Made by a program: the position numbers and the translations under genes. A stretch of DNA of 64,000 nucleotides from Azolla caroliniana (Eukaryota; Plantae; Polypodiophyta): the NCBI GenBank assembly GCA_043228905.1, contig JBHGNT010000013.1, positions 11,160,001 to 11,224,000 of the forward strand. Direction: 5' to 3'. This document shows, one piece after another, positions 11,591-24,855 of this stretch. The notes beneath the pieces were generated by a model. The model saw nothing but the letters and a program-made list of their open reading frames with translations. It was not told where the DNA came from and made no database searches. Every line of letters starts with the position of its first letter. Within the stretch, counting starts at the first letter, position 1.

Positions 11591-14500
11591 CTTCAAGGTG
11601 CCAATCACCTCATTATTAAATGGATTGTAGAAGACTGGTTGGTCGCCTTCTAAGCATCCACACCGGTTGAACTATTCTGCATCTTCGTTCAAAGCACCCA
11701 ATGAACCGAGTGCAATGTGGTGCTATGAAAACATAATCTTGCTCAGGCACACGACCAAGGATGTCCTCCACCTTGGAGCTTTGCTTCTAAAGATGCGCTT
11801 AAAGTGGATCGACAATGTGGAACCTTTTGGAGACCTCTTGGGGCAACATGTACTCCATCCACATGGTTAATGGGCTTATCATCCATGTGTATGTCCTTTC
11901 CCCTGCCTGGCATTTCGTCCTCAAATCCGACTCATCCATGAAAACCACCAGATCAAGTCTTCAACATGCAAGCTGGAACTTGTTTCCAAAACAGAATGCA
12001 AGTTTGATCAAGTCTTCGACGTGCAATTTCGAAAACACAATTTAAATACCTGGCAAACTGTTTGTTGGTTGTCATGTCCCATGATCTACTGGTTTTACGA
12101 AATCCAAAGTTGACAGTTCCAACATTAGGTGTACCCTCTTCCATTCTGATGTAATGTCCTCACATGCGGTCGGGTCCACCTCATTCCGTTTGACTTGGAT
12201 TTTGGCCCTTCTCAGTCTAGTTGATGCAACCTAAACCAAGTTAAGCACACATGCATCGCTATTGTACCATGGTATACATTGTTCAAAAATGATCGTGACA
12301 TACCTTCCTTCACTATGATATGCATCACCCCACTCAACATCAAACATTTCAACTCTTTGGACCTGACGACCATCTATACAAGCAATCTCTTTGTAACAAA
12401 TAATTATGATCTTCTAACCATAGTACTCTAAACCCTAATACTAGATTTAGAAACGTGCAAGTTTTCGCAAATCATTCAAACAAAAATTGGTAAATGACAC
12501 ATGCAACTTTTCAAAAATCATCCAATAAGAAAACAAAACCATTTTTCAAGACATTCATAAACATTTTCATGCATCCAACAAGAATGTGAACACTAGTACC
12601 ATTTTCAAGACCATTTTACAATTTAACCATCCATTTGCCAAAAACTAAACACTTTCAAAAAACTATTTCAAGTAGAAAACAAAGTACAAACCAATAACAT
12701 ACATACCTAGCAAGTAAGCAGGTGACGATGAAATGCAGGTGCAATTGGCGATGGTTTCTCCCCTCCTAAAACCCTAGTCGTCTGTTTCAAAAATGTGAAA
12801 ATTGACGGGCATCAAGGTTTTATTGCACAAAAATTATAAGTTAGGCAACCACAATTAGTCAAGCTCCCATTATGAGTCGGGCGACTGCCTGAGTGACTAC
12901 CTGTGAGTCGGGTGAGTGTAGAGTATGACGTCGGGCAACTACAAATGGTGAAGTTGAACGACTACCCGTGAGTTGAGTGATTGTAGAGTGTGAAGTCGGT
13001 CAACTCATCTTGAGATGAGCAACTAATATTTGAATGGTGGGACGCTTGGTGACAGATGCTGACTGATTTGGCAACCTTTTTCTAGATAAAGTTCGGACGA
13101 TGCAAATTGCATGCGCCCTCAATTAAGCGCCATGCACCATGTGTGGTTGTGGATTCCCTCACCAAGCCTCTTTATGATTTGGGTGCAAATAGACACATCG
13201 CACACATGCATGCACATACATACAAATACACAAACAATCCCATATGTACAAACCTTCCTTGTACATTATCGCATAAAAACTATTGCAAAATTCTTATGCA
13301 CTTTTGCACCTTTTGGGCACACGCTATCTTGTTCATACTCACTTTGGTCATATGTGCACTCAATGATTCAAATATTTGCACACACATTTGGACACTTGTA
13401 CTTTTACGAACATAGACACAAAACAAGGTTCACCCACACAGATCGAGAAGGGGTCTTGCTAGATGTACATTTACATGGCATCCTACTTGCTAGGTGCACA
13501 TTTTTGTGGCATCTTTGGTGAACCCAACATGAAGGAGTGAATGAGGAAGATGGATGAAGATTTTGCAAGAATTATGTCATCGACGATGGATCACATGTTT
13601 GGAGAGAAGGATAATATTGCAAGTACTGACAAGATAGTCAACAAGACCATGTAGACAACCCAAGGGATGCCACCCCACATCAATGAAAGTGTATTGCATT
13701 TATTGTGGAACTCACAACCACATTTTCTACCACAACAATGCCACTATTGCTCAATCTCCAAAAGATTGCTTGTAATCATACCATTACCATTCAACCTCCA
13801 AGGGAGGTCATAACAAGATGTAGTTGCATTTTAACATGTATGTTGCGCTCATCTATTGGATATCTCCACTCCACACTTTCTGGTGTTATTGATGTGTCAA
13901 AATATTCCATACAAACCCAGTCAATTCCAATTGTGTTTCCATTTCCTTCCTCAACCTCATTTTCACTCACATTGTAAAGTGTGATATGGTCCGTTATATG
14001 ATATCAAGAAAAGTTGTACCTCTTATTGAATGTCCGATACTTCATTATATTTTTATATGAATTAGTTACGAAGTTTACCCAGTCTCAATTTGCACATTGC
14101 ACTTTATTTGAAGCTCAATCAATTTGGCAACCCACATTGTAAAGGACAAGATAGACATGATGCCTACATCTGGTGCTTGCCTTCTTGGACAATACTCCCT
14201 ATTAATGAAGAGCTACATATGCATCTTGCACATCTCATCTCATTTGCATCAAGCCCCAAATGCTAATCTGATTTGTAGCCATTGATTTTATTCTATTTAT
14301 CATTTCTATGTATATGTACTCTAATCAGTGTCTTCTATCCATTAAGAAACATCACAAATACATAACACTACGAGAATTGCCCAACACTGTTTATAACATG
14401 GCAAATATAGAGATTAAACTGTAAAAGGTTAACCCCATGTCCCCAGAAAGAAAATAGATTTTTGAATCGGCAATCACACAGAAATCACAACATACGGTAT

Positions 14501-14797
14501 AATATTTGATGTACACAACATATTCAACCTTGAAACTCAGGACGGATGCAATATTTCTGTATGAATCATTGCACGAACTACAGATATAATCCAGTGCATC
14601 ACTTCAATTCCATCATCACCTTTAAAACAAGTGTGGACTCTGAATAATGAAATTTCAAGAAATATACTAAGGATACAAAATGTTCAGAGAAGAAGGGTCA
14701 CATAGGGTACATCATTTATACCTGAGGAGTTACGAGGACACAGTCCAACCCCCTTACACACTCCTTGGTTATTTTACCTTCAAATGGTATTCAACTG

Positions 14798-17700
14798 CTA
14801 TTGATCTAGAACTCCTTCCTGAATGTGTTCTCCGAAACTGCTAACCTTCCTTTTCTTCCGACACTCTTCTTGTGTATCCACTTTATCAGAGTTGTTTTGT
14901 AAATTACTACTACATGGTAGTAGAAATTCTTTTAAGGTGGATTGTCCTGAAGGCAAGCATTTATAGCGCTCTGTCGCAGCAATATGTAGAGTATCCTCTT
15001 TTCCATCTAAGACCTGGCCTATGTTCTCAAGCTTGTGCTGCACACTCTCCCTGCGAGCATAAGTTAAAGTTTAAAACCCAAGCTCAGTGATAGTGATGAT
15101 TTTAGAAATCTTTCTGTTTTAAAATAGTTAATTACCAAATGAGATCATCCACTGTATCATGAGCATGTAAATAGTACACATTAACAGACGTCACCTGTTA
15201 AGAAAACTAGAGGACATTAATGAGAGAATAAAATATAACGCTTACAACCTAATTAAGGGCCAATTTCTCTCAACAAATTCCAAGCTAAGAGAGAAATAGA
15301 GTGCCCGCATTACCTGGCCTATACGATGAGCACGATCTTCTGCTTGTACAAGATCTCCAGGAGTCCATGACATCTCAGCAAATATTACCATACTTGCAGC
15401 AGTCAGATTCAATCCTACCCCAGCAGCTCGAATGCCAAGCTACGCAAAAAAATAAACCCTCTTTCCAAAGCTTGCAACACAATATCACAGATCCATACCA
15501 AAGCTTAGAAAACTCACCACAGCTGCCTTCACATTATCCGTCTCCTGAAAGGTGTTCACTAATCTTTGACGTGTCACAGCTTCTGTTCTTCCATCAATTC
15601 TTATATACTGCAGCTTTTTCTTCTGCATATTTCTCAGAGACATTGCATCAGCTAAAGCAACACTGAGAAAATTTTTGCTGCTATTTACAAAGATATTGTT
15701 ACAATAGCTTACAGCAAGAAACTTTTCAATCCCATCCAGAAGAATTTTATGATGTGCAAAGATGAGGAACTTGCAGTCTGCCTGAATCAAGCAAAAAGAA
15801 CTGGCATAACTTCGTTTGACTACAAAATTAGACGCAAGAATAGAAACTTCTGAAAATTGTAACATATTAAGTACCTCTATTATAGTGGATAAATAATCTT
15901 CAACAGCTGGCAATTTTACTTCAGCTGATTCTGTGTATATCTTTTTAAGATACAAGAATAACACCTTTTGAGCCAACATTCATAGTAGACAACACATGAT
16001 AATTTAATAAACCCGGCACATTACCTTGCTTATGAGTTGCCTCTCCAAATATCTCATCTTATCAGCATCCTCTTGAGATGTGCTGCATTTGATCTCTCTC
16101 TTAAGACTTTCCAACTGCAGATGTTATACTTTCAAACAATTAGCAGAAATTGTCTAAAAACAAGTTTAATAATAAATAAATGAAATTGGTATTAAGACAA
16201 CCTAGGCAGAAAAACAATATGCGAGAGCATTATGGATAATTGGAAGAGCAAAGAATTTTGTGCAGTAACAACATAATGTATGAGATGAAAAATGTGGCAC
16301 TTACTACTTTCAACCCACAAGCATACTTTAGCGAATGTTGAACAAACAACAAAGAAAATAAGCACTGACTGGAGCAAAGAAGATGATTGTGTAGTAACAC
16401 TATAATATATGACATGAAAAATGTGGCACTTAGTGGAGGTTAATCCTGAAGAAAATAGACACTGTGCTATATATCAAATGTTTAACAAACCAGAAAGGTA
16501 TTCATAATGCTCAAATGGACTTTCAGAATACACCATTGTAAAAATATAAGAAACCAGGATATCGTGGAGGTAAAATCAAAAGAAGGAACATAAGGTATCA
16601 GGGAATCTACCTCATAAAAAAGTGCACGCATTTGTTTCAATCCTTTCTCATCCAATGAAAGAAATATCTGTAGAAAGAAAATAGAGACACATTATAAAAG
16701 AACTTGCAACATGAAATTTAGCAACCTTCAAACAGATTGACAGATGAAGTAATACTTGCTGTCGTCTCTTCAGAGGAAGCTCAGAAAGTACATCCTTTTT
16801 CAATCTTCTGATCATGATAGTCGACTTCATCAGTGCATGCAGCTCTTCACAGTTACTAGCACCTTGATATACACCAAAATGGCCCTGTGAAAATCATTCT
16901 GCCATAAGTAAGTGCTTAAAACTATCTCTAAGCCATAAGATGCAAAAAAACATTAGAAAGAAGCTGCTATTGTTGACTTGGGCATCTTTGAGATTGGTTT
17001 AAGAAATGGAAATTTCAAAAGGATTGAATAAGCTGATATTGTTGACTTGGGCACATGAATATGAGTGAGCAAACAAATCCCTGATATTTTGGCACATGCA
17101 CGGCAGCTAAGATCCAGGCATATGACTTTCGGCATAAGCTCTCACAGAAACAGGAAGATGGACAGGTTTGGATATAAAGAAAAGATTATACACGAGGTAG
17201 AAGAATATTTTATACTCCAACATATGCCTATTAATTCCAGACAATTTTCCTGGCTGTTCCTTAAGTTGTGTGACTCTCCAAGCAAAAGATCATTCTATAA
17301 CACTTTTGAATTGGGAAACTAGAGCATACAAACAAGATAACAAAAATCTAGCCTCATCTAGAAAAAGGGAGATATTTAGCTTTATTTCTCTGACAGTATG
17401 CTCCAAGTATTGGGTGTGATGAGCACAATGCCATGATTATTTTCCCGGCTGACCACAACATTCCTCATGCATTATTTTTATATATTGGATGTGCTGGCTT
17501 ATTGCTTTTTGAATCCTATGGGTCATATTTGGCGCCTCCCAGGGCCAGTAATATTTGTATCTATCTTATCCAATCGACCTTAATTGCTCTCAGCTCCCTC
17601 GTCTCGACTACTATATAAAATAATCAGCCAAGGGCTAGGTTTATAATCAAAATGCATTAAGGAGATAAAAAAAACTCATTCTTTACTTATAAAGCTTTTT

Positions 17701-20700
17701 TCCCCAAAAAATATTAATTTAATGTTCTCTTTCCAGAGCATGTGCTCTCCTCTTTTATGTTTCGCTGCTGCCAAATATCCTTTGTATCTTTTTCCTGACG
17801 GGTTCTTTCTGTCGCTATTGGACTGCCCCGTGAAAGGCTAGAAAGAAGGGGATGGAGAAACAATGCAGCTATAGAGGAGAGAAAATCAAGATGCTAATCA
17901 GAAAATGAGGAGTGTAGAATTAATCCTAGTGGACAGAGAAAAGGTCCATAGTTTCATGGGAGTCTGAGATTAGCACTTCATCTCAAGCTATCTTATGATT
18001 GATTCTCTATGTTTGATGAACTATACATATTTTGCTACTCCTCTCCCATGTGCCTAGTCTGGGTTTCTACATTATATTTTCCCATAGGCTTTCCTTGCCT
18101 CTTGCTGTCTAGACCATGCTTGTTGTAGCTTTCACATTGACAACATGTTGAACAAAGCCACGTTGATGCCACGGATTATGTTTTGCCATTATTCCCTTTC
18201 AACCATGTCACCCTCAACAACCCTGTTCTTTCAGAACCATTTCATTAAGTGTCCTTCTGACCTCTGCATTGTGACCTCCCACATGGGGAGAGCACTGTGT
18301 GAACCAACAATCACTGTCAAGTGTTGGAGTGTGCAAATGAAGCTGTGATTGAGGAGAACTTGCTGCTGGCAATTTAGGCAACAACATCGACAAACATCCA
18401 AGGAGGTGAGAAGTACAATCACCCCTAAACCATTGGCCCTACTATCTGCCATATATGAAAGTATAAGTTTTGATGGCTATAAGTTCATAGTCTAGGAAGA
18501 AGTTCACCTGATTCAAAAGCAATGCCTTTCTTCTTACAGAGATCTTCTTCACAATCACGAGTATAGTGCAAAAAGGAAAATTTTGAAGGCATGGATCTCC
18601 AATCCTGTCCACTAATCAAGGGAGATTGTGAACCAGGTCCAGATTGTCAATAAGTGGATGAGGGGGATTTTGAAGGAGACAGAAACTCTTCCAGTTGTAA
18701 CATGAATTTAATTTCAGAAGGTCAGCCTTGATTGTTTTGTACAATGGATCACATATAGACGTACAGGAGGGACAAGATTTCTAGAATCTACCACACTAAT
18801 ACCAGAAAAATGCTTCCACATTCTTATTCCTAGACAAATATAATCCCATGGAAGGGCGGGGTGATGCAAACTATCTGCAAACATAATCTCATGCTTCGTC
18901 TCCCCTTTATATACATCATCTGGCATTGTGTTTTGGATTCATATGTCAGTCCTAGTCGACCGAAAACATGATGTCAAATTATCTGTATATTCCTAAGTGG
19001 TGGACCCAAAACTAATGTTAGGTATCTGCAAACAAAATCTCATGCATTGACTCTTCTTCATATACATCATCTGGCATCATGTTTTAGGTACATATGGCAG
19101 TCCTAGTCGACGTACAATGCGATGTCATTATTCTATAAATTCCTATTTTGAAAGTGGTGGTCTTGAACCTGTGTAAAAGCAAATGCGGTAGTCCTCTGAC
19201 TATCTCTATATTGCATATTTGACTTATCTTCTCCCGGGGATCTACACCATTGTGCCAGCTGTTTCTACCTACAGCTAATAGATGTGACGAGGTGTTAATC
19301 TGTCCAACAGAGCATCTCAATCCATAGTAAAGATGGATATTTATATATCCATATTGCATACTTGACTAGTAGTATTTATATATCCAGTGTGTAGTATAGA
19401 TTCATCCTCAACAACATAAGATGATAATTTCAACATAAGGCCATCTTTGCCACTAATTCTTGTGGAGGCTCAATCCATGAACTGGACCTGGCATCTAATT
19501 TAATTAGAATCTTCCTGGTGAATTAGTCAATCTGTGAGTCCCTTAATACAGACACAAAAGATATAATCTACTGGAAAATTTATATGGCTACCAAAGAAAC
19601 CATGAATACGGAATATGCATAGAAAAGAGGATTCGGCATATTCCAAGCTAAAATAATATATCAAAAGCACATACCCCCATGCAGTATCGTTTTCCATATT
19701 CATGCACATTCTTGTAAGCAGCAGGTTGCAAAGCCTCTAACTGCAAATAAAGTTCTTAGTCGGTTAGTGTTCAGAATTACCATGCACAAAAAAGCACTGT
19801 CTTTCAATGAATTTAGTTCCAAAAAGATAAACCTGTTTATACAGCTCAATGGGGCGAGATAATGCAGGTGTACCAGTCAAAAGGAGGGCATACTTTGATT
19901 TCTGCAAAAAAATTGACAAGACAAATTGGAACAAGAGACCAAAGTGGGAAAGGTATAGCCATGTACTTCGAAGAAATCAATAATAAAAGAACCATAATAG
20001 ACCTGCACCAGTGGGACACATGCTGTAGTTCTCTTGGCTTGAGCATTCTTTAGGTAATGAGCCTCATCTGCAATAACTATCTGCAAGAAAGTGATGTTTC
20101 TAGGATAAAAGCACCAATACCTTTGACAGCCACTGAGATATATTTCTTTCTGTACCTTAAAGTTGGCCTGGGTTATATCTTCTTGCAGTTTTGTAACAAG
20201 ATCATAAGAGATGATGTTAAATAATCCATCTAACCTCACAGACTTACGTCCAGATGTCTGGAGTATATTGAAACCTTCACGGTTAGATCCACAATATTGT
20301 GACATCACAACCTGTGCATTACATGGCAAGAGGTCAAAAAACCTTGTCCCACAATGAATATAAAACATGAGATGAAGATTGTCGAGCATACCAGGACTTC
20401 ACCTGGTGGTATATCTAACCAATGTGTAAGCATCTACAACACAGTCAAGAAAAATTACAATTCTGTCAGCTTAGATTTAGAAACAATACTGGATCATTAA
20501 CTGCAAAACTTGATGGGACAGAAGCCCAAAATACCCCAGTTACTTACTGTAGCCCAATGCAATCTCAAAGATGAAGGACTAATTATTAATACTGGCCATT
20601 CATCAGGAAAACATGCCGTAAATGCAATAGCCTGCAAAGTTTTCCCCAAACCCATTTCATCTGCAATCAGTAATCTTCCTCCATGCTGGAGGGCAAACCT

Positions 20701-23700
20701 GTTCATGACATGTAACCACTAATTATAGTTAGATATCAGGAAGGAGAAGCAAAACGGTGTGGATTTGACTTTTCTAGATGTTGTTCTCAGATCAATGCAT
20801 ATGATGAGGTAAAGTGCACTTTCATTGATGACACTCTACCATTAATGTTTTCCTGAACAAAGTTTGTGCATGCATGAGCAAAAATCAATTGCAATCCATC
20901 ATAATAAATTTAAACAGCAAAGTGTAAAGATGAAATAAACATTCCGAGAAGAAACTCACTGGACTCCATCTCGCTGGAATGGAAGCAACCTTTTTTCGAG
21001 TTCAACTGGTATTTTACAATACCTTTCTGTCTCAATATAGCACAGACATCAAATATTTTAATAAGTCAGCATCTATCTTTATAGTTAGCTTTTATGCTCG
21101 AACCTATATTCCCTGTTTTTCTAAGAGTATGATTGATTATCAAAGACCTAATTTAGAAATAGAAGAACAAGGCAACTCCATAACCTCTTAAGTCAGGCAA
21201 AGAGGCAGACAACTCCAGTGCACGCCTCACTGTTGGCTCCAAATTTTCCAGCTGAAATACAGAAGAAAAATAATATCTTTCATTGATATGAATACCAAGA
21301 CACAGTTATGTCAAAATACACTTAATGAAGACACATGGGATATAGCAAGCTTCTTTTCGTTTTGTATTACTACAGAACCATATATTGGCTTCAGAATCTG
21401 AAATCCAAGGTAATGAAAGTTACAAATAGACATACCTTTATACTCATACCATTAATGTTTGAAAGTTTCGTATCTAATTCACACAAAGACGATGGAGGAA
21501 ACACCCATACTCTGCATACCAACATAATAGAATTGAAGATAGGTCATCAAAGTACATTTATTCCTATCAATACACAATGTAATATAACCTCTCTCTGGAA
21601 TTCCATTCTGCTCCTGGTACAGATTTTACTACAGCAATGAGTCGCTGATGGATAGCAAAAGCATTTCCATTAGGAAATAAAGACATCAATACAGCAAAAT
21701 ATACATAACAATGCAATCTGACTCCTTGATACTAACTGGTTCATAATCAAATTTAGCAGCAACTTTTCCACTATTGTGTAAAGTTAATTTGACTGACAAG
21801 TTGATAGTGTTAGAGCTCAAATCTTGCGATTCTGATTGAGCATTTGGTTGCTTTTCGGGTGGTGGCCAAAGACAAACTTTACGTATCCCTCCATCTGTCT
21901 GAGAGCATCTGGAAGTTTCTATCCCTGCTATGATCAATACATAAACAGTATATCTAGGAAATTGCAGAACATAACACTATTTCCATAAGTTATCTCACCA
22001 GTTCTATCCAAATATTCTGAAAGTGTCAATGGAGGGGTTGCCTCTATCTGCATAAGCAATCAATTTAACTAAATGAGATTCCTTATGGATTTGTGTAGAG
22101 CCTTTTTGCTTTTCTCACCGTGACAGATGGGTTCTGCACTTTTCTGAGTGCTTGCACCAGCTCTCCAAGACTGGATTTTGGAAATGTCCACACTCTGCCA
22201 CATAAGAATGTTACATCAATAATGAGTTCCAATTTTCCATTTATGTAGGTCCTCTATAAGTAGAATGCCAAAGCAAACTAATGTAAGGTATAGTGCCTTG
22301 AATGTCCATGACCTTTCTCCTGTATTCCAAGCTCTTCCTGGGACTGATTGACAAGCTTCCTTAATGTTCTGCCCAAGTCAAGCAGAAACATTCTTAGAAA
22401 CACATCCCTGTGACATTATTAGAAACATTTACTAACAACACTGAAAATTAGACATAGAGTGCTGACTGTAAAGTTACTTCACACATCAGCAAAGTATTTC
22501 CTCAATGTTGATAAAGAGTATACCTCATAGTAAGGATTCCGTGCAGCTATGAGATCAGGATTCATCAAAAACAGCTGCACAGTAATTGTAGAGGGGCGCT
22601 TAGCCATGGGACTTTTAGAAATTGGAGAATTGCCTTGAGATGAATGCATTGCCTTGGCTTCTGGCTCTGTAGAGCTACATTGCAAGGAACCTGCAGACAT
22701 CCTTCATGGAATCAACCTAAAACTGTTAAAACACCAGATATAGTGCATATACTGAACATATGTCGATTTTACGATCATGAAGAGTCATGTATCCATTCTT
22801 CTAAATTGGTTCAAAAATACGTTGCAATTCACCTTGTAGCCTAGATAAATGAAGTGGTGGCACAATGTCTACCTGATAACAGAAAAAATCAAATTAGTTT
22901 GATAAAAACAAACATCACTGACTAGTATTTGTCAAAATTCATACATTAACTGTAACTGTTGAAAGTGAAGTTATAGCCAACACGAGGCTTTCTATCTTAT
23001 CTTCCGGATATGTCCAGACCCTATGGATTCAAAATAATACAATATATTAGAACCATATAGTTGTAATTAAATAACCTATCAGGAAGAGAAAGAAACTACT
23101 CTGATAAAAATAGTATAGGTTATATGCAAACTAGCACAACAAGATGGTGTCAACAACTATACTCAAACTAGCTATGTCAACGTCATCGAACCTCTATGTG
23201 TGTCCTAAAATTACATATCAGGTAGTTTTTCCAGGAAACATGCTATAGACATCCTGAATTGCAAAACAAGTTCAGAAACATATCAGACAGCATGTAGGAT
23301 AAAAAACAAAATGAAACTTGTAGGAAATAGGTAAATCCACTCTTTTGGACAAGTAACTATGTATGGCAATATGAATAGTCACGTTAGTTTCCCATTCTTA
23401 AGCATGGATTATTATACAATAATCTTCATTTACGTTTTTACTGTTGACAACATGTAGTGCGAAAAATAAAGAGAAAGAAACCCAAACAATAAATAATGTG
23501 CATTTGTGGGAGCAATAGACAATTTTTCATAAGTTAGCCACTAACTTTCTATTTTGATCCCACTCATGGCCTGGTATAGTCTTCAGAGTTGCAACAAGAG
23601 TCTGCTTGAACAAACCAAGGGAAGATGTTAAAGGAAAAAGAAAATTCAAAGATAAAAGCATTATGTTTTAATGATTGAAAACTTTATTCCCACAAATTTG

Positions 23701-24855
23701 CAGCTCATATGCAAATACACCCATTTAAAACAGTGAACTTCAGTAGAATAAGAAAACATAATTTTCTGGGGTATCTTTGTTTTTTATAATAAGCTACTAT
23801 TCACCATATCCGACAATGCATAATCTGAATTGACGCCTTCACTTGCCTAGTGGTAGGTGAACATGACACTGAAAAAGCATTCTGAACTTTATTATGTACA
23901 TGTTATGACATCAAAAATGAGTATAACTGTGCTATAATGTGAGTCCAGAATTTACATGCACGAAGCTTTGACATTAGAGAAAAATTCACTGATGTATGTC
24001 TCACGAGGCACATCCTACATCTGGACTTTCTTAGAACTAGCAGCAAACTCCCATATCTCTTTTCATAGTTTTCGCTTACTTGTAGTTTCAGCTTTGGCTC
24101 AAATAAATCCTTTTTTGCACTGATAAGATATCATCATATATTAAATCAGGTTTCTAACCTTTTTGGGAGTTTCATAAGTCAAAAGAGTTTCATAAGTCGG
24201 GCTATCCTCCTCAAGGATGCTTGTATGCTAATAATCTTTTGTCTAGGTTATCACTTTTGGTAAACGTATGTGTTTCTACAAATCATAAATGCGTACATTC
24301 GATCTATTTCTTGGAATTTAAACATACCTAAGGCCAAACAACTTTCTGCTCGATGGTATTAGAAAAGCAGATATTACATTTCCATTCACTTTGTCCACCA
24401 TTTTGGTAATTAATCACAGGCTACAAATCATCAAGGTATGTATTCGTTAAGGGGGGGGGGGGGGGGGGAAATGGAAATAATAATCAAACATGAGAAGCAA
24501 ATGGAGATGGAAAAGTAAAAGGAGAGAAGGACGATACATGAAGCAGTATAGTTTGTACCTGATTGTATTGGGTTTCAAGGGCAATGCGTCCGGGTCGATC
24601 TTGGAAAATCTTGACATGAATCGGTCTACCATAAGAACCTCCTTTAGAGGGTGAATATTGAAAGCTACCTGGTAGGAGGCGCCTTTTGGAAGGTGAGAAG
24701 TCGAGATGATGAGAAGAAGCAGAAGAAGAAGAAGAAGAAGAAGAAGAAGAAGAAGAAGAAGCCATGGATCCCCGCTCTGCGATCTGCCTCTTGGCTGTCT
24801 GCTCCATGGAGTCCAGCTCTTCTGCACTAAAATTCCAGCCATCCTCTTCTTCCAT
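14798..24855 (-). CDS. SMARCAL1: SMARCAL1/HARP-like SNF2-family annealing helicase (plant CHR18-like), 28 coding exons, 928 aa
   Basis: Hand-built model with all GT-AG introns and consistent phases (2787 nt). Exons: 24559-24855, 23546-23601, 22945-23020, 22833-22872, 22524-22690, 22313-22368, 22119-22194, 21999-22047, 21737-21924, 21589-21644, 21436-21511, 21185-21251, 20960-21026, 20548-20698, 20392-20433, 20156-20311, 20003-20080, 19833-19901, 19675-19740, 16756-16884, 16611-16667, 16025-16114, 15875-15940, 15713-15781, 15518-15622, 15314-15439, 15136-15194, 14798-15050. Motifs: [69 protein letters not shown]. Confidence 0.93.
18871..19162. repeat. Two diverged ~150-bp tandem copies in the long SMARCAL1 intron
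   Basis: TATCTGCAAAC..AATCTCATGC..ATACATCATCTGGCAT..CAGTCCTAGTCGAC occurs twice. Confidence 0.75.
24712..24760 (-). repeat. (TCT)n coding microsatellite encoding poly-Ser in SMARCAL1 exon 1
   Basis: (GAA)n run on the plus strand. Confidence 0.9.

Noticed and set aside
18450-18700. Copia 3'-end remnant in the SMARCAL1 intron (TGAGGGGGATTTTGA)
   Set aside because: Too degenerate to support beyond a PPT-like motif.
24060-24125. Extra SMARCAL1 exon candidate ([13 protein letters not shown])
   Set aside because: Not needed for phase continuity and it would interrupt HARP repeat 1.
24451-24468. Poly-G tract as a functional G-quadruplex
   Set aside because: Simple intronic homopolymer with no evidence of function.
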